NCBI RefSeq assembly: GCF_000006765.1
Contig: NC_002516.2
Direction: 5' to 3' (one strand)
Length of the DNA stretch: 64,000 bases
Source: Pseudomonas aeruginosa PAO1
GTDB lineage: Bacteria; Pseudomonadota; Gammaproteobacteria; Pseudomonadales; Pseudomonadaceae
Shown here: piece by piece, positions 55,215 through 64,000 of the stretch
How the letters are laid out: every line of letters begins with the position of its first letter
Numbering within the stretch: position 1 is the stretch's first letter
Translations under genes and position numbers: made by a program
Notes under the pieces: generated by a model
What the model was told of the DNA's origin: nothing
Seen by the model: only the letters and a program-made list of their open reading frames with translations
The model's database searches: none

Positions 55215-56418
55215 TGACCTGCCCCCAGTTTTAGTACGCTGCCTAGGTAGTAGGCCCTGGGGTTGACATCAATTTTCCTGCTTCAGTTGCTGCTGGCGAG
55301 TTCGCCAACTTGCAGCAAACTCTAGCGAGGTGAGATTGCCAATGGCGCTGGACGGTCGGTGCTCGTTGTAATCGTGCCGCCAGGCCACGATGCGGATTCT
55401 GGCTTCGACCAGCGAGCAGCAGCAGTGCTCATTGCGGAACTTGCCGTTGAATGACGATGAAGGCGTTCTGCGTGGGCTTGCCGGACTGAGTCAGCTTCAA
55501 CTTAATATCACGCCGATAGGCCCACTGATCAAGCGCCTTGCCGGTGAACTCGGGGGTGCGGATCGCCTTCGGGTAGCCGCGCAACCGTGCCATCTCGTCC
55601 AGCGCCCGTGTGACACGAAAACCGCTGATACCGTGCTCCACCAGGATGCCAACCGACTCCTTGGTGAAGTCATCGACCACCGTCAGGCATTTGATCCGTC
55701 GCCCAGTGCTGAGCGCGTCGAAGACGAAATCCATCGACAAGACCTAGTTCGGTGCGCTCGGCAGGCTCAGGCATTCGCACGCCACCGCGCCCCTGTGGCG
55801 GCGCCTCCGCCGCTTCACCATCAAGCCGACGGCTCAGTATAGCCGGTAAGTCCGCTTGTAGTTGATCTGCACACCAGCACGCCGCAGCAGAATGTGCAGG
55901 CGGTGATAGCCAAAGTGCCGAAGCCCTTGCCAGTTCCACCAGTTGGGCTTGCAGCTCGGTGTTTTGCACACTAGTTCGCGGCTGGTGGCACAACACAGAG
56001 CGGGACAGCCTGAACAACTGACAGGCACGACGCTCGGAGATGTCGGTTTGCGCCTGCATCTCCTGCCCCCCCGCCCCGCTGCCGGGCTCCCCCTTTCCCC
56101 GGGTGACCACTTTCAGCGCCCCGATGTCGAGGAGGGACTCGGCGAGCAACTTCTTCAGCCGGCTGTTTTCCAGTTCGAGATCCTTCAGGCGCTTGGCATC
56201 CGGCACGGTCATGCCGACGAACTTGGCCCGCTAGGTGTAGAACGTGGCATCACTGAAGCTGTGTCGGCGACACAGCTCCTTCACCGGCACACCGGCTTCT
56301 GCCTGCTTCAGAAAGTCTAGAATCTGTTCTTCAGTAAAACGCTTTTTCACTGCCGTCTCCTGCTCGGAAAACAGACTCTACTAAGTTCGGCGTGGTACTG
56401 AAATCGGGGAGCAGGTCA
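55215..56418 (-). mobile_element. Decayed IS3-family (IS407-group-like) insertion sequence, about 1.2 kb; I recall it being named IS1209
   Basis: Imperfect terminal IRs TGACCTGCCCCCAGTTTTAGTAC (55215) and TGACCTGCTCCCCGATTTCAGTAC (56418, minus strand); orfA and orfB relics; no flanking target duplication. Confidence 0.92.
55277..56350 (-). pseudogene. IS3-family transposase orfA/orfB pseudogene
   Basis: OrfA MKKRFTEEQILDFLKQAEAG...FYT* (TAG at 56231-56233 where Trp is expected). OrfB fragments in several frames: FGYHRLHILL, SMDFVFD, LTVVDDFTKE, KPTQNAFI, DYNEHRP. Confidence 0.9.
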
Positions 56419-56427
56419 ATCCACGGC

Positions 56428-57447
56428 TTAGGATTTTTCCAAGGAACCCGCCTTGTATCCTACCGCCAAGAGGCAAAGAGGAGCATAAGCAACCAGGATA
56501 CCGATGAAGCCGCTGATCCAACCCAATGCAACCATCAGTGCCAACGGCAACAACCAAAGAGTGTTGATAGCCAGAACACCCAAGGTAACCCGCAGATGGC
56601 TAGCATAACGACGCGAGGCAAACTGATAAGCGTGGCTGCGATGCGCCTCATAGAATTTCTCCCCTCTGGCGATCCGGCGGATCAGAGTATAGGTTGCATC
56701 AACGATGAACACTCCCAGCAATATCAACCAGCACCAGAACAGCGAGGGGGCGGTCCATGCAGCCTGAATAGCTAGTGCACCAATAACCATACCAAGAAAA
56801 CCACTCCCCGCATCACCCATGAAGATTCGAGCTGGAGGGAAGTTCCAGATCAGGAAGCCGGCGACCGCGCACGCCAGCAACAGAGGGATACCAACCATCG
56901 CGACATGCCCTGTAAGCCAGTAGATCAGGGCCCCTCCTACACAGACACCAATGGCCTCGACACTGGCAATACCATCAATGCCATCCATGAAGTTATAAAG
57001 GTTCAGCACCCATACCAAATAGAAAACTGCCAATACGTGGCCCAGCCATCCTAAGTCGACAGCATGCCCAACCACATCCAGCGGCGGGAAACCACCCGTC
57101 CACAGCAAGATCCATATCGCTGCTGAGAAATGGCCGAGCAGCCGCCAACGCGCAGCAATGTGCCCATGGTCATCCAGGAACCCTAACAGTGCCACGCCAG
57201 AACCTGCACCCAGCATCGCCCCCCCCCAGCCGCCGGAGATACTGCCTGCACTCAGCATCCACACCAACGCTGCAAGGAAGACCAGAACGATTGCAACACC
57301 TCCCCCCCTAGGCGTCGGTTGACTGTGGGAGCTACGGGCATTCGGAACATCCATCAGTTTCGTCGCTAATGCATAGCGACGCAGCCCCCAGGTAGCGACA
57401 AATGAAAACAGCAAGACAACTAGACACGCGATCATCCAGATCATCAT
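56428..57447 (-). CDS. wbpL: Undecaprenyl-phosphate sugar-1-phosphate transferase (WecA/MraY family)
   Basis: RSSHSQPTPRGGG, GFLDD, NLYNFMDGIDG, FMGDAGS, AHRSHAYQ. Confidence 0.96.
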   Translation of the reverse strand: MMIWMIACLVVLLFSFVATWGLRRYALATKLMDVPNARSSHSQPTPRGGGVAIVLVFLAALVWMLSAGSISGGWGGAMLGAGSGVALLGFLDDHGHIAARWRLLGHFSAAIWILLWTGGFPPLDVVGHAVDLGWLGHVLAVFYLVWVLNLYNFMDGIDGIASVEAIGVCVGGALIYWLTGHVAMVGIPLLLACAVAGFLIWNFPPARIFMGDAGSGFLGMVIGALAIQAAWTAPSLFWCWLILLGVFIVDATYTLIRRIARGEKFYEAHRSHAYQFASRRYASHLRVTLGVLAINTLWLLPLALMVALGWISGFIGILVAYAPLCLLAVGYKAGSLEKS

Positions 57448-57507
57448 TGGAAAGAGAACCTTATTAAAGTTCAGCGTAATTGCCGACCAGGGGTTTGGAT
57501 GTGTCCG

Positions 57508-58470
57508 TCATTTTCGGCGCTCCCTCTGGCGAAGAATGTACTCTCGACCTGCTGCTTGCAGACCGGCACCAATAGTCTCGACGGGAACCCAGCCGAGCAG
57601 CCGGCGGGCCTTGGAAGCATCGACCTGTAACGAGCCACAGAGCTGTTCATGCATGGAAGCCTTACCCAGCAAGCACATTACAAGCTTCAGCAGCACCGCT
57701 GGAAACGTGAAAAGAGCTGGACGCCTGCCCATTCCCCGACTCAGGGCCTCGATCATTTGCGCAATGGAAACATCCTCGCCATCCGCCACCAGAAACAGTT
57801 CGCCCGCAGCATCGGGGTGTTCGGCACAAAGACTCAGGAAACCCACGATGTTTCTCCTAGAAACCAGGCTGCGCGCATTACGGACACCGTCAAGCGGAAG
57901 CGGCAGACCACTAGCGACGAGCTTGAGCAAACGGCCGAAGTTACCTGGCGCATCATTGGCATAGATCAAAGGCGGTCGGACAACCACCAACTCCATACCT
58001 TTACCCCGGAGCAAAGTCCCCAGCTCCTGCTCAGCCTCGTATTTGGAGATGGCATAGGGCGCATGTGGGCCGGCTGGAGAATCTTCGTTGAAAGCCTGTT
58101 GCCGGGTGCTGTTACCGTTAACGCCAATTGAACTGACAAACACGAAACGCTTCACCCCAGCCTCGAGCGCACGGGTAGCCAACCGGACAGTCGCATCTCG
58201 GTTGACTTCACGAAATGCGGCGAGCGGGTCTGCAACCTTGTCAGTGAGTATATGGGCACGTCCAGCGAGATGAATAATGCAATCCACCGTCGGGAACTCG
58301 CCGGCAAACGTGGCTGGATCGGTCAGATCAGCTTCGATGTACGTCACAGAAGGTATTCTTTCAACAACCCGCCGTACCACCGCAATCACCGCATACCCTG
58401 TCCGAGCAAGCTCACAGCACAAGGCCGATCCGACGAATCCTGATGCACCGGTCACCATGACAGCTTTCAT
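57508..58470 (-). CDS. wbpK: NAD-dependent epimerase/reductase (extended SDR)
   Basis: TGASGFVG, HLAGRAH, YAISK. Confidence 0.92.
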   Translation of the reverse strand: MKAVMVTGASGFVGSALCCELARTGYAVIAVVRRVVERIPSVTYIEADLTDPATFAGEFPTVDCIIHLAGRAHILTDKVADPLAAFREVNRDATVRLATRALEAGVKRFVFVSSIGVNGNSTRQQAFNEDSPAGPHAPYAISKYEAEQELGTLLRGKGMELVVVRPPLIYANDAPGNFGRLLKLVASGLPLPLDGVRNARSLVSRRNIVGFLSLCAEHPDAAGELFLVADGEDVSIAQMIEALSRGMGRRPALFTFPAVLLKLVMCLLGKASMHEQLCGSLQVDASKARRLLGWVPVETIGAGLQAAGREYILRQRERRK

Positions 58471-59708
58471 GCTGCGCGCCCATCAGCAAGGGCGTTCAAC
58501 ACCTGAAGAGCCAGACTCTCGTAGGTATAATGCTCCAGGACCGCATCACGCCCTCTTTGCCCCATTGTGCGACGCTCGTCTTCGCTCAGCAGCAACAGAC
58601 GGAAGATGGCTGCAGTAATATCCTCAGGGGCATCTGGGTCGGCAGATACACCGCAATCGTAGTCACTAACCGGGTCGTTCCCTGCCTTGCAGGCGAAAAT
58701 GACTGGCAACCCAACCAGCATGTAATCCCATAGCTTGTTGGGGCTCACGCCAAAGCGGAAGATCGGTTCTGACTTGAGCGAGATGTAGCCCGCCGACGCC
58801 AGCTTCAGGACAGCCATGATAGTCTCTTTGGGCTGCTGATCGAAAAACTCCACTAGCCCGCTGGCATCCTGTGCGGCAATCGCCTTGAGTTGCTCTTTGC
58901 ACTCTCCCTTGCCCACCAGAATGATTCTGATACTTGCACCACGCTCGCGCAGCAGTCCGGCAGAGCGAACCAATCCCTCCAGAGCATTGGGTTCGCCGTG
59001 CGCTCCAGCATAGATCACAACGAAAACACCCTGCTCCTTGAGAACTTGTACATGCCGGACCAAATCACTTGAACTCACAGCGCTATCAGGAGAGATATCG
59101 CTGCTGTCAACGCCATTCGGAACCCACAGGAACTTTCCAGCGGCAAGTCCTTTGTCGGCCATGTGCGGCTCCGCACATGGCAGCAGACTGATGATCTTAT
59201 CAGCTCGCGCATAGGAGAATCTTTCGATCCAACCGGTAACACGCACCAGGGGATTGTCAGCTTTCAAGCCTCCCAGTTCGACCAGACTCAAAGGCCAGAT
59301 ATCGCGCACCTCAAATACAAATTTCGCACCTAGCAGGCGAGCAGCCAGCCAACAGCTAACGACGCCAAACGGGTGAGGCGATGAGTAGATAATCGCATCC
59401 GGCGTTCCACGCTTCAGGGCCAAGATCAGGCAGAATGGCAGCAACATCATGGTAAATATGAGCATCGATAGCATTCTGCCCACGCCATTGCCCAAATAGC
59501 GCAAAGTAGGTACATATGCGTATTCGGCTCCATTTACACAGGTGACGCCCGAACGCTTTTCATCCGGTTCCAGCAGATGGTGATAGCCTGCCGAGATTAT
59601 GACCGACCGATGCCCAGCCTGATTCCAAAACTTGGAGAAATAATAAGGCCGCCAATAACGACCAACTCCGGGGCCGCCAGCATAGGGATGCACATACCAG
59701 ACGTTCAT
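58467..59708 (-). CDS. wbpJ: GT4-family glycosyltransferase
   Basis: FEVRDIWP, VPNGVD, YAGAHG, PNKLWDYM..GLPVI. Confidence 0.92.
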   Translation of the reverse strand: MNVWYVHPYAGGPGVGRYWRPYYFSKFWNQAGHRSVIISAGYHHLLEPDEKRSGVTCVNGAEYAYVPTLRYLGNGVGRMLSMLIFTMMLLPFCLILALKRGTPDAIIYSSPHPFGVVSCWLAARLLGAKFVFEVRDIWPLSLVELGGLKADNPLVRVTGWIERFSYARADKIISLLPCAEPHMADKGLAAGKFLWVPNGVDSSDISPDSAVSSSDLVRHVQVLKEQGVFVVIYAGAHGEPNALEGLVRSAGLLRERGASIRIILVGKGECKEQLKAIAAQDASGLVEFFDQQPKETIMAVLKLASAGYISLKSEPIFRFGVSPNKLWDYMLVGLPVIFACKAGNDPVSDYDCGVSADPDAPEDITAAIFRLLLLSEDERRTMGQRGRDAVLEHYTYESLALQVLNALADGRAA

Positions 59709-59750
59709 GGAACTAAATAAATCCTTTATTTAAACTCGACACGCAAAGCA

Positions 59751-60815
59751 TCACAGCTTGGCAAGATATTCAGCAATCCGAGAAGAGGCTTGACCGCCTC
59801 CGTAAAGCTGACCATCGTCTTGAATGGTCTTTCCCAGGCTAGTCCGTGCAGATTCGACAATCATGTCGCGGGCCGCTCCCACAAGAACGTTGGCTCCACA
59901 GGTCACTAGCTCCACCCATTCGGTCTGGTCACGCATGGTCACGCAGGGCTTGCCGAAGAAGAATGCTTCTTTCTGAACACCGCCGCTGTCCGTGAGCACC
60001 AGGCCAGAGCGTTGCAACAGCCAGATCATTTCCAGATATCCGACAGGATCGATAACCTGCACTTCCAGCTTGAGCCCTAGGCGCTCGATGACACCGCGGG
60101 TACGTGGATGCAGGGGTAGCACCACAGGTGCAACATTAATCTGGATTTCATTCAGAGCCTCGACTATCGAAGTCAGGCGAACTGGATCGTCGGTGTTCTC
60201 GGCACGATGCAGGGTCGCGAGAATAAACCCATCTTGTGACGCAAGTCCAATTGGCGAGGTTGCACGCTGCGCAAAGAATAGAGCGCTATCCTGCATCACA
60301 TCACCCACGTTGACTATCTTCGCAGCCTTTCTTTCGAAACCTTCATTCTTGAGATTATCAATTGCAACTCGAGTAGGGCAAAACAGAATATCACTAACCT
60401 GATCAGTAAGAATACGGTTAATTTCCTCCGGCATCCGCATATTGAAACTTCGCAGGCCGGCTTCGATGTGTGCGATAGGAACATGCAGCTTGGAGGCAGC
60501 CAACGCTCCAGCCAAGGTAGAGTTGGTATCGCCGTATACCAATACGCGATGAGGTTTCTCCTTGAGAATTACATCCTCGATCTCCATTAGCATACGCCCG
60601 GTCATTTGGCCGTGAGTACCACCATGGATATCCAACTGGTAATCCGGCTTTGGAATACCCAGCTGTTCGAAAAATATTTCAGACATATTGGCATCAAAAT
60701 GCTGACCAGTATGAACGATGATTTCCGAAAGGGTCTGCTGCTCAATGATAGCCTTTGAAACCACACTCGCTTTAATAAACTGCGGACGCGCACCAATGAT
60801 GGTCAGAATTTTCAT
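59751..60815 (-). CDS. wbpI: UDP-N-acetylhexosamine 2-epimerase (non-hydrolysing)
   Basis: GARPQFIK, HTGQH, GDTNST, HIEAGLRS, TDSGGVQKEA. Confidence 0.95.
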   Translation of the reverse strand: MKILTIIGARPQFIKASVVSKAIIEQQTLSEIIVHTGQHFDANMSEIFFEQLGIPKPDYQLDIHGGTHGQMTGRMLMEIEDVILKEKPHRVLVYGDTNSTLAGALAASKLHVPIAHIEAGLRSFNMRMPEEINRILTDQVSDILFCPTRVAIDNLKNEGFERKAAKIVNVGDVMQDSALFFAQRATSPIGLASQDGFILATLHRAENTDDPVRLTSIVEALNEIQINVAPVVLPLHPRTRGVIERLGLKLEVQVIDPVGYLEMIWLLQRSGLVLTDSGGVQKEAFFFGKPCVTMRDQTEWVELVTCGANVLVGAARDMIVESARTSLGKTIQDDGQLYGGGQASSRIAEYLAKL

Positions 60816-61933
60816 ATGGAATCTCGCTTACTCAGTAGATCGGAATAGAACCGCGCTAGTTTGCGCCCTTCCAAATCCCAGTTATAACGTTCGTTCACTG
60901 CCCGCTGGCCATTACGTCCCAGCGCTGCCGCCTCACACGGATTACTTACCAGATAGTCGATCGCTTCAGCAATGGCAGCAGGACTTAGAGGATCTACGCA
61001 TATACCACAATTGCTACCTTCAACAATTTCCCGCCAGAGAGGAAAATTGGAAGCGATCACAGGGATTCCCGACGACATATACTCGAACATCTTATTAGGT
61101 TGTGCATCAACATGATTAGGCATTGGGAGAAATGTCACCAACCCGGCAACAGAGTCACCGAGTACACGACGAACATCTTCTCGATCAAGCTGACCATGTT
61201 CGTTAACGGAGTTCCATCCCTTGAGCGCTCTGACTTCTTTTTCTATCTCTGGCTCTGAAAACTTTCCCACTAAATTCAAGCGCGCCGAGGACTTCAAGCA
61301 CTCAAGACTCTTAACGACTTCACGAACACCACGAATGGAAGTGATACCACCGACGTAGCAGACTTCAGTTTTCTTGCTTGCCCAAGGAACCATCGCATCC
61401 AACTCACCCAACATGGGAAAGTTATTAATATCTAGAACATTCCCATTAATATTTTTAAATTTTTCACGAATATGCGGCGTTGCCGTAAGGACTGCATCCA
61501 GCTTAGGGCATGCATATTTCTCATAGCAGGAAAATAACACAGCCACTACACGGCGTAAAAACGGTCGCATGTAAGGTTTACTCAGCAGTTGCTTCGGCAC
61601 ATCCTCATGGGAGTCGAAGATAACCTGCTTACCTTGCTTTTTCAGTCGAAGACCAACAGGTATCAGTTCGGGATCATGAAAATGATAGACATCAGCCCCA
61701 AGCGCCAAAGCCTGTTCATAAATTTTTCGGGTGGTTTTTAGAATACGATTCAAGCGACCTGAGAGTACTCCGACATCAACAATCCTTACACCATCCTTGA
61801 CTTCATCACCCTTACCATCTGCGACAACCAGATACACATCGTATCCGTATTGAGAGAGTGTTCTACACTGCTTTCGAAATATACGAATATCATAACGCGA
61901 GTGAACCGATGTCAAATGAGCAACTTTAGTCAT
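60812..61933 (-). CDS. wbpH: GT4-family glycosyltransferase
   Basis: HFHDPEL, YVGGI...RG, PNKMFEYMSSGIPVI. Alternative coupled ATG at 61948. Confidence 0.92.
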   Translation of the reverse strand: MTKVAHLTSVHSRYDIRIFRKQCRTLSQYGYDVYLVVADGKGDEVKDGVRIVDVGVLSGRLNRILKTTRKIYEQALALGADVYHFHDPELIPVGLRLKKQGKQVIFDSHEDVPKQLLSKPYMRPFLRRVVAVLFSCYEKYACPKLDAVLTATPHIREKFKNINGNVLDINNFPMLGELDAMVPWASKKTEVCYVGGITSIRGVREVVKSLECLKSSARLNLVGKFSEPEIEKEVRALKGWNSVNEHGQLDREDVRRVLGDSVAGLVTFLPMPNHVDAQPNKMFEYMSSGIPVIASNFPLWREIVEGSNCGICVDPLSPAAIAEAIDYLVSNPCEAAALGRNGQRAVNERYNWDLEGRKLARFYSDLLSKRDSI

Positions 61934-61947
61934 GACGGCCCCGGTCA

Positions 61948-63078
61948 TCACGAGTAGACATTGATGCGACGACCCAGCGCACGCTGGACAATCATTTGAA
62001 CTTTTTTCGCAATCCTCTGTCGAGAATCCCAGTTGGCAAACTCCGAATAGTCATGAACAGGTGCATTCATCAACTCTTCAAATTGAGCCTGGGTGATTCG
62101 CATCTTCTTGCAGAAATATTCGATATCAAACTGCAGTTCATCTGCATCATATAGCGGCTCAGCCAGTTTAGCCTGAGCTTCGTCACGCGTCATTTGCCCA
62201 GACAAAATCATGCTGGAGTAGTGCAGTTTGCGTTTATCATAGCCAAACTTGGTCGGTAGATAGTAGTTCTGGAAAAGCTTGGTGAAAATCGACTCTCCAT
62301 GCTTTCGCGCGTAAGAACGATAGCCTATCGTTTCTTGAAGGAAGGTTTCAGCCTTGGCCTTATCATAGGCCATGAAATTCAACGGACGGACCGTTCTCAT
62401 TCCTTTGACAAAGGGATACCAGAAATAGTACTCAAGAAAACTAATAGTCTTGTAGTCCCTTAGCGGACGCTCACCATATTTTTTGTGAATAGCCTTTAGG
62501 TTTATTGCATCCATAGCGCTGCCGTGCCATGTATCTGGGAATACTGCCTCAGTGGCCAAATTACCACCACTCAGAATGTACTTAATATTATTCTTCACAG
62601 CAAAGTGATACATACTAGCGAAGAAGGCATGATCTTGAGGCACATCCTGATTGGCGACAGCAGCTTTCATATAAGCCAACTGAAGATCACGAATTTCCTC
62701 CCAGTTTATTACATGAGTATGTAAATCAAAACCGCAATATTTTACAATCTTTTCAATATTACTGACTGCAAGTTCGCTATTCCAGCCGGCGTCCACATGC
62801 ACAACCAGTGGGCGCAAGCCAAGATCCTTGACCTTTACAGCAAGATAGGAACTATCTACGCCGCCACTAAGGCCAATGATGCAGTCATAATCCTTACCTG
62901 AACCGTCCTTCTTGATCTGCCCAATTATCTTTTGAAGGCGCTGCTCACCACTAGCATCGGAAAACAGCTGCCGGGACTGAACATTGTCAAATTTATGGCA
63001 GTGATTACAGACTCCCGCCTCATCAAATACGATTTCAGCGTCAGATGTATCCATAACACAGCGCGAACAGATCTTCAT
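61948..63078 (-). CDS. wbpG: N-acetyl-sugar amidotransferase (PP-loop ATPase family)
   Basis: CSRC...CNHC, PP-loop IGLSGGVDSSY, KHGES. Confidence 0.9.
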   Translation of the reverse strand: MKICSRCVMDTSDAEIVFDEAGVCNHCHKFDNVQSRQLFSDASGEQRLQKIIGQIKKDGSGKDYDCIIGLSGGVDSSYLAVKVKDLGLRPLVVHVDAGWNSELAVSNIEKIVKYCGFDLHTHVINWEEIRDLQLAYMKAAVANQDVPQDHAFFASMYHFAVKNNIKYILSGGNLATEAVFPDTWHGSAMDAINLKAIHKKYGERPLRDYKTISFLEYYFWYPFVKGMRTVRPLNFMAYDKAKAETFLQETIGYRSYARKHGESIFTKLFQNYYLPTKFGYDKRKLHYSSMILSGQMTRDEAQAKLAEPLYDADELQFDIEYFCKKMRITQAQFEELMNAPVHDYSEFANWDSRQRIAKKVQMIVQRALGRRINVYS

Positions 63079-63215
63079 CACAACAACCTCCCGAAGCACT
63101 CACCTCGGCCTGCCTAATGGAACGCCCCACTGACAAACTCAAATTTAGTTCGACAATCTTGAAGCGCATATAGCGTTGCCAACAAGCGTCCTTGCCATAA
63201 ATAACTCAGCTCACT

Positions 63216-63971
63216 CTAACCGACGTCGAGCTTGTTGACATCCGGATAACTAATCAGTACCGCACGATGCTTGCCATGGAAAACGAATAGGCTTCCCGCC
63301 GCTACTGCCGACACACACGTACGCTCAAAAAGATCGATGAGGTCAGCGATGGAGCCAGCTCCACCACAGGCGATCACTGGCACATGGACGTTAGAAGCGA
63401 TATTTTCCACTAGAGCGTTGTCGAAGCCTTTCTGCACTCCATCTCGATCAATAGAATTTAGAAAAATCTCACCCACTCCAGCCTCTTCGAGCGCTTGCGC
63501 CCACTCCAATGGGGAGCGTTTCATGTCGCGCGTCCCATTCTCTGAGAACACGGAGTGTCCTCCCCAGAAACCCTTGCGGCAGTCGATAGAGCCAACTACG
63601 CTTTGCGAACCAAACTTATCGGCAATTCTTCGAATCAACGAAAGATCCATAAGAGCGGCGGTATTTATCGAAACTTTTTCGACACCTAGGGAAAAGATTT
63701 TTTCCGCATGCTCCAATGTCTTGATACCGCCCCCATAGCAAATAGGCATAAAACACTCACCAGCCACTTCCGCGATCAACTCATAGTTAGGCTCTTGATT
63801 GAGCCTGGAAGCATCTATATCCAGCAAAATCAGTTCGTCGACTTCTTTCTCATTGAAGATGCGTATTGCGTTGATCGGGTCTCCAACGTACTTGGGCTCC
63901 TTGAACTTCACGGTTTTCACTAGACCGCGATCCTTGAGCAGCAAGCATGGGATAACGCGCCTCCGGACCAT
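63216..63971 (-). CDS. hisF2: HisF-like cyclase paralog in the LPS cluster
   Basis: RVIPCLLL, GDP, DELILLD, YGGGI, SIDRDG...GFD, IACGGAG. Confidence 0.93.
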   Translation of the reverse strand: MVRRRVIPCLLLKDRGLVKTVKFKEPKYVGDPINAIRIFNEKEVDELILLDIDASRLNQEPNYELIAEVAGECFMPICYGGGIKTLEHAEKIFSLGVEKVSINTAALMDLSLIRRIADKFGSQSVVGSIDCRKGFWGGHSVFSENGTRDMKRSPLEWAQALEEAGVGEIFLNSIDRDGVQKGFDNALVENIASNVHVPVIACGGAGSIADLIDLFERTCVSAVAAGSLFVFHGKHRAVLISYPDVNKLDVG

Positions 63972-64000
63972 CAGACAAGCTCCACGAAGTTTTTGAATAA
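63971..64000 (-). CDS. hisH2: 3' end of a HisH-like glutamine amidotransferase (partial)
   Basis: ...LFKNFVELV* matches HisH C-termini; TGATG overlap with the hisF2 start. Only 30 nt visible. Confidence 0.7.
   Translation of the reverse strand, partial: LFKNFVELV

Noticed and set aside
56461-56468. ops-like GGCGGTAG near the end of wbpL
   Set aside because: It lies in coding sequence (Leu-Ala-Val-Gly), lacks the downstream TG and JUMPstart context, and is not in a leader.

Overview
High-GC Pseudomonas chromosomal DNA. I recognise it from gene order and protein sequences, not by search, as Pseudomonas aeruginosa PAO1-like serotype O5, roughly PA3092-PA3152. Left to right: 5' part of fadH1; a nitrilase-fold gene plus AraC regulator; tRNA Val-Asp-Asp; the Xcp type II secretion cluster (xcpR-Z and divergent xcpPQ); the minus-strand run leuC-leuD-methyltransferase-leuB-asd-asd paralog-fimV-truA-trpF-accD-folC-dedD-cvpA-purF-metZ-SDR; LysR, RidA, SGNH, ibpA, VOC-GNAT, SDR, dusC, thioesterase, aldolase, hydrolase and TetR genes; tRNA (Ala-Glu)x2; gltX; a LysR-controlled EmrAB-like pump; uvrB; aspC; tRNA-Asn; comEA; then the low-GC O-antigen genes (wbpM, decayed IS3-family element, wbpL-K-J-I-H-G, hisF2, end of hisH2). 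No CRISPR, prophage, rRNA or complete novel system is visible. The best observations come from reading the non-annotated DNA. (1) A frameshifted second wbpL-like gene remnant lies between the IS and wbpM. (2) A 28-codon acidic small ORF lies downstream of the tRNA-Asp genes. (3) A las/lux-type box plus extended -10 overlaps the nominal xcpP start and implies a downstream TTG start. (4) The nitrilase-fold protein lacks its catalytic Cys and sits in a FadH/AraC module with a candidate AraC-activated promoter. (5) wbpL contains a G9 tract. (6) There is a bleomycin-binding-like/GNAT fusion, and a methyltransferase inside the leu operon.
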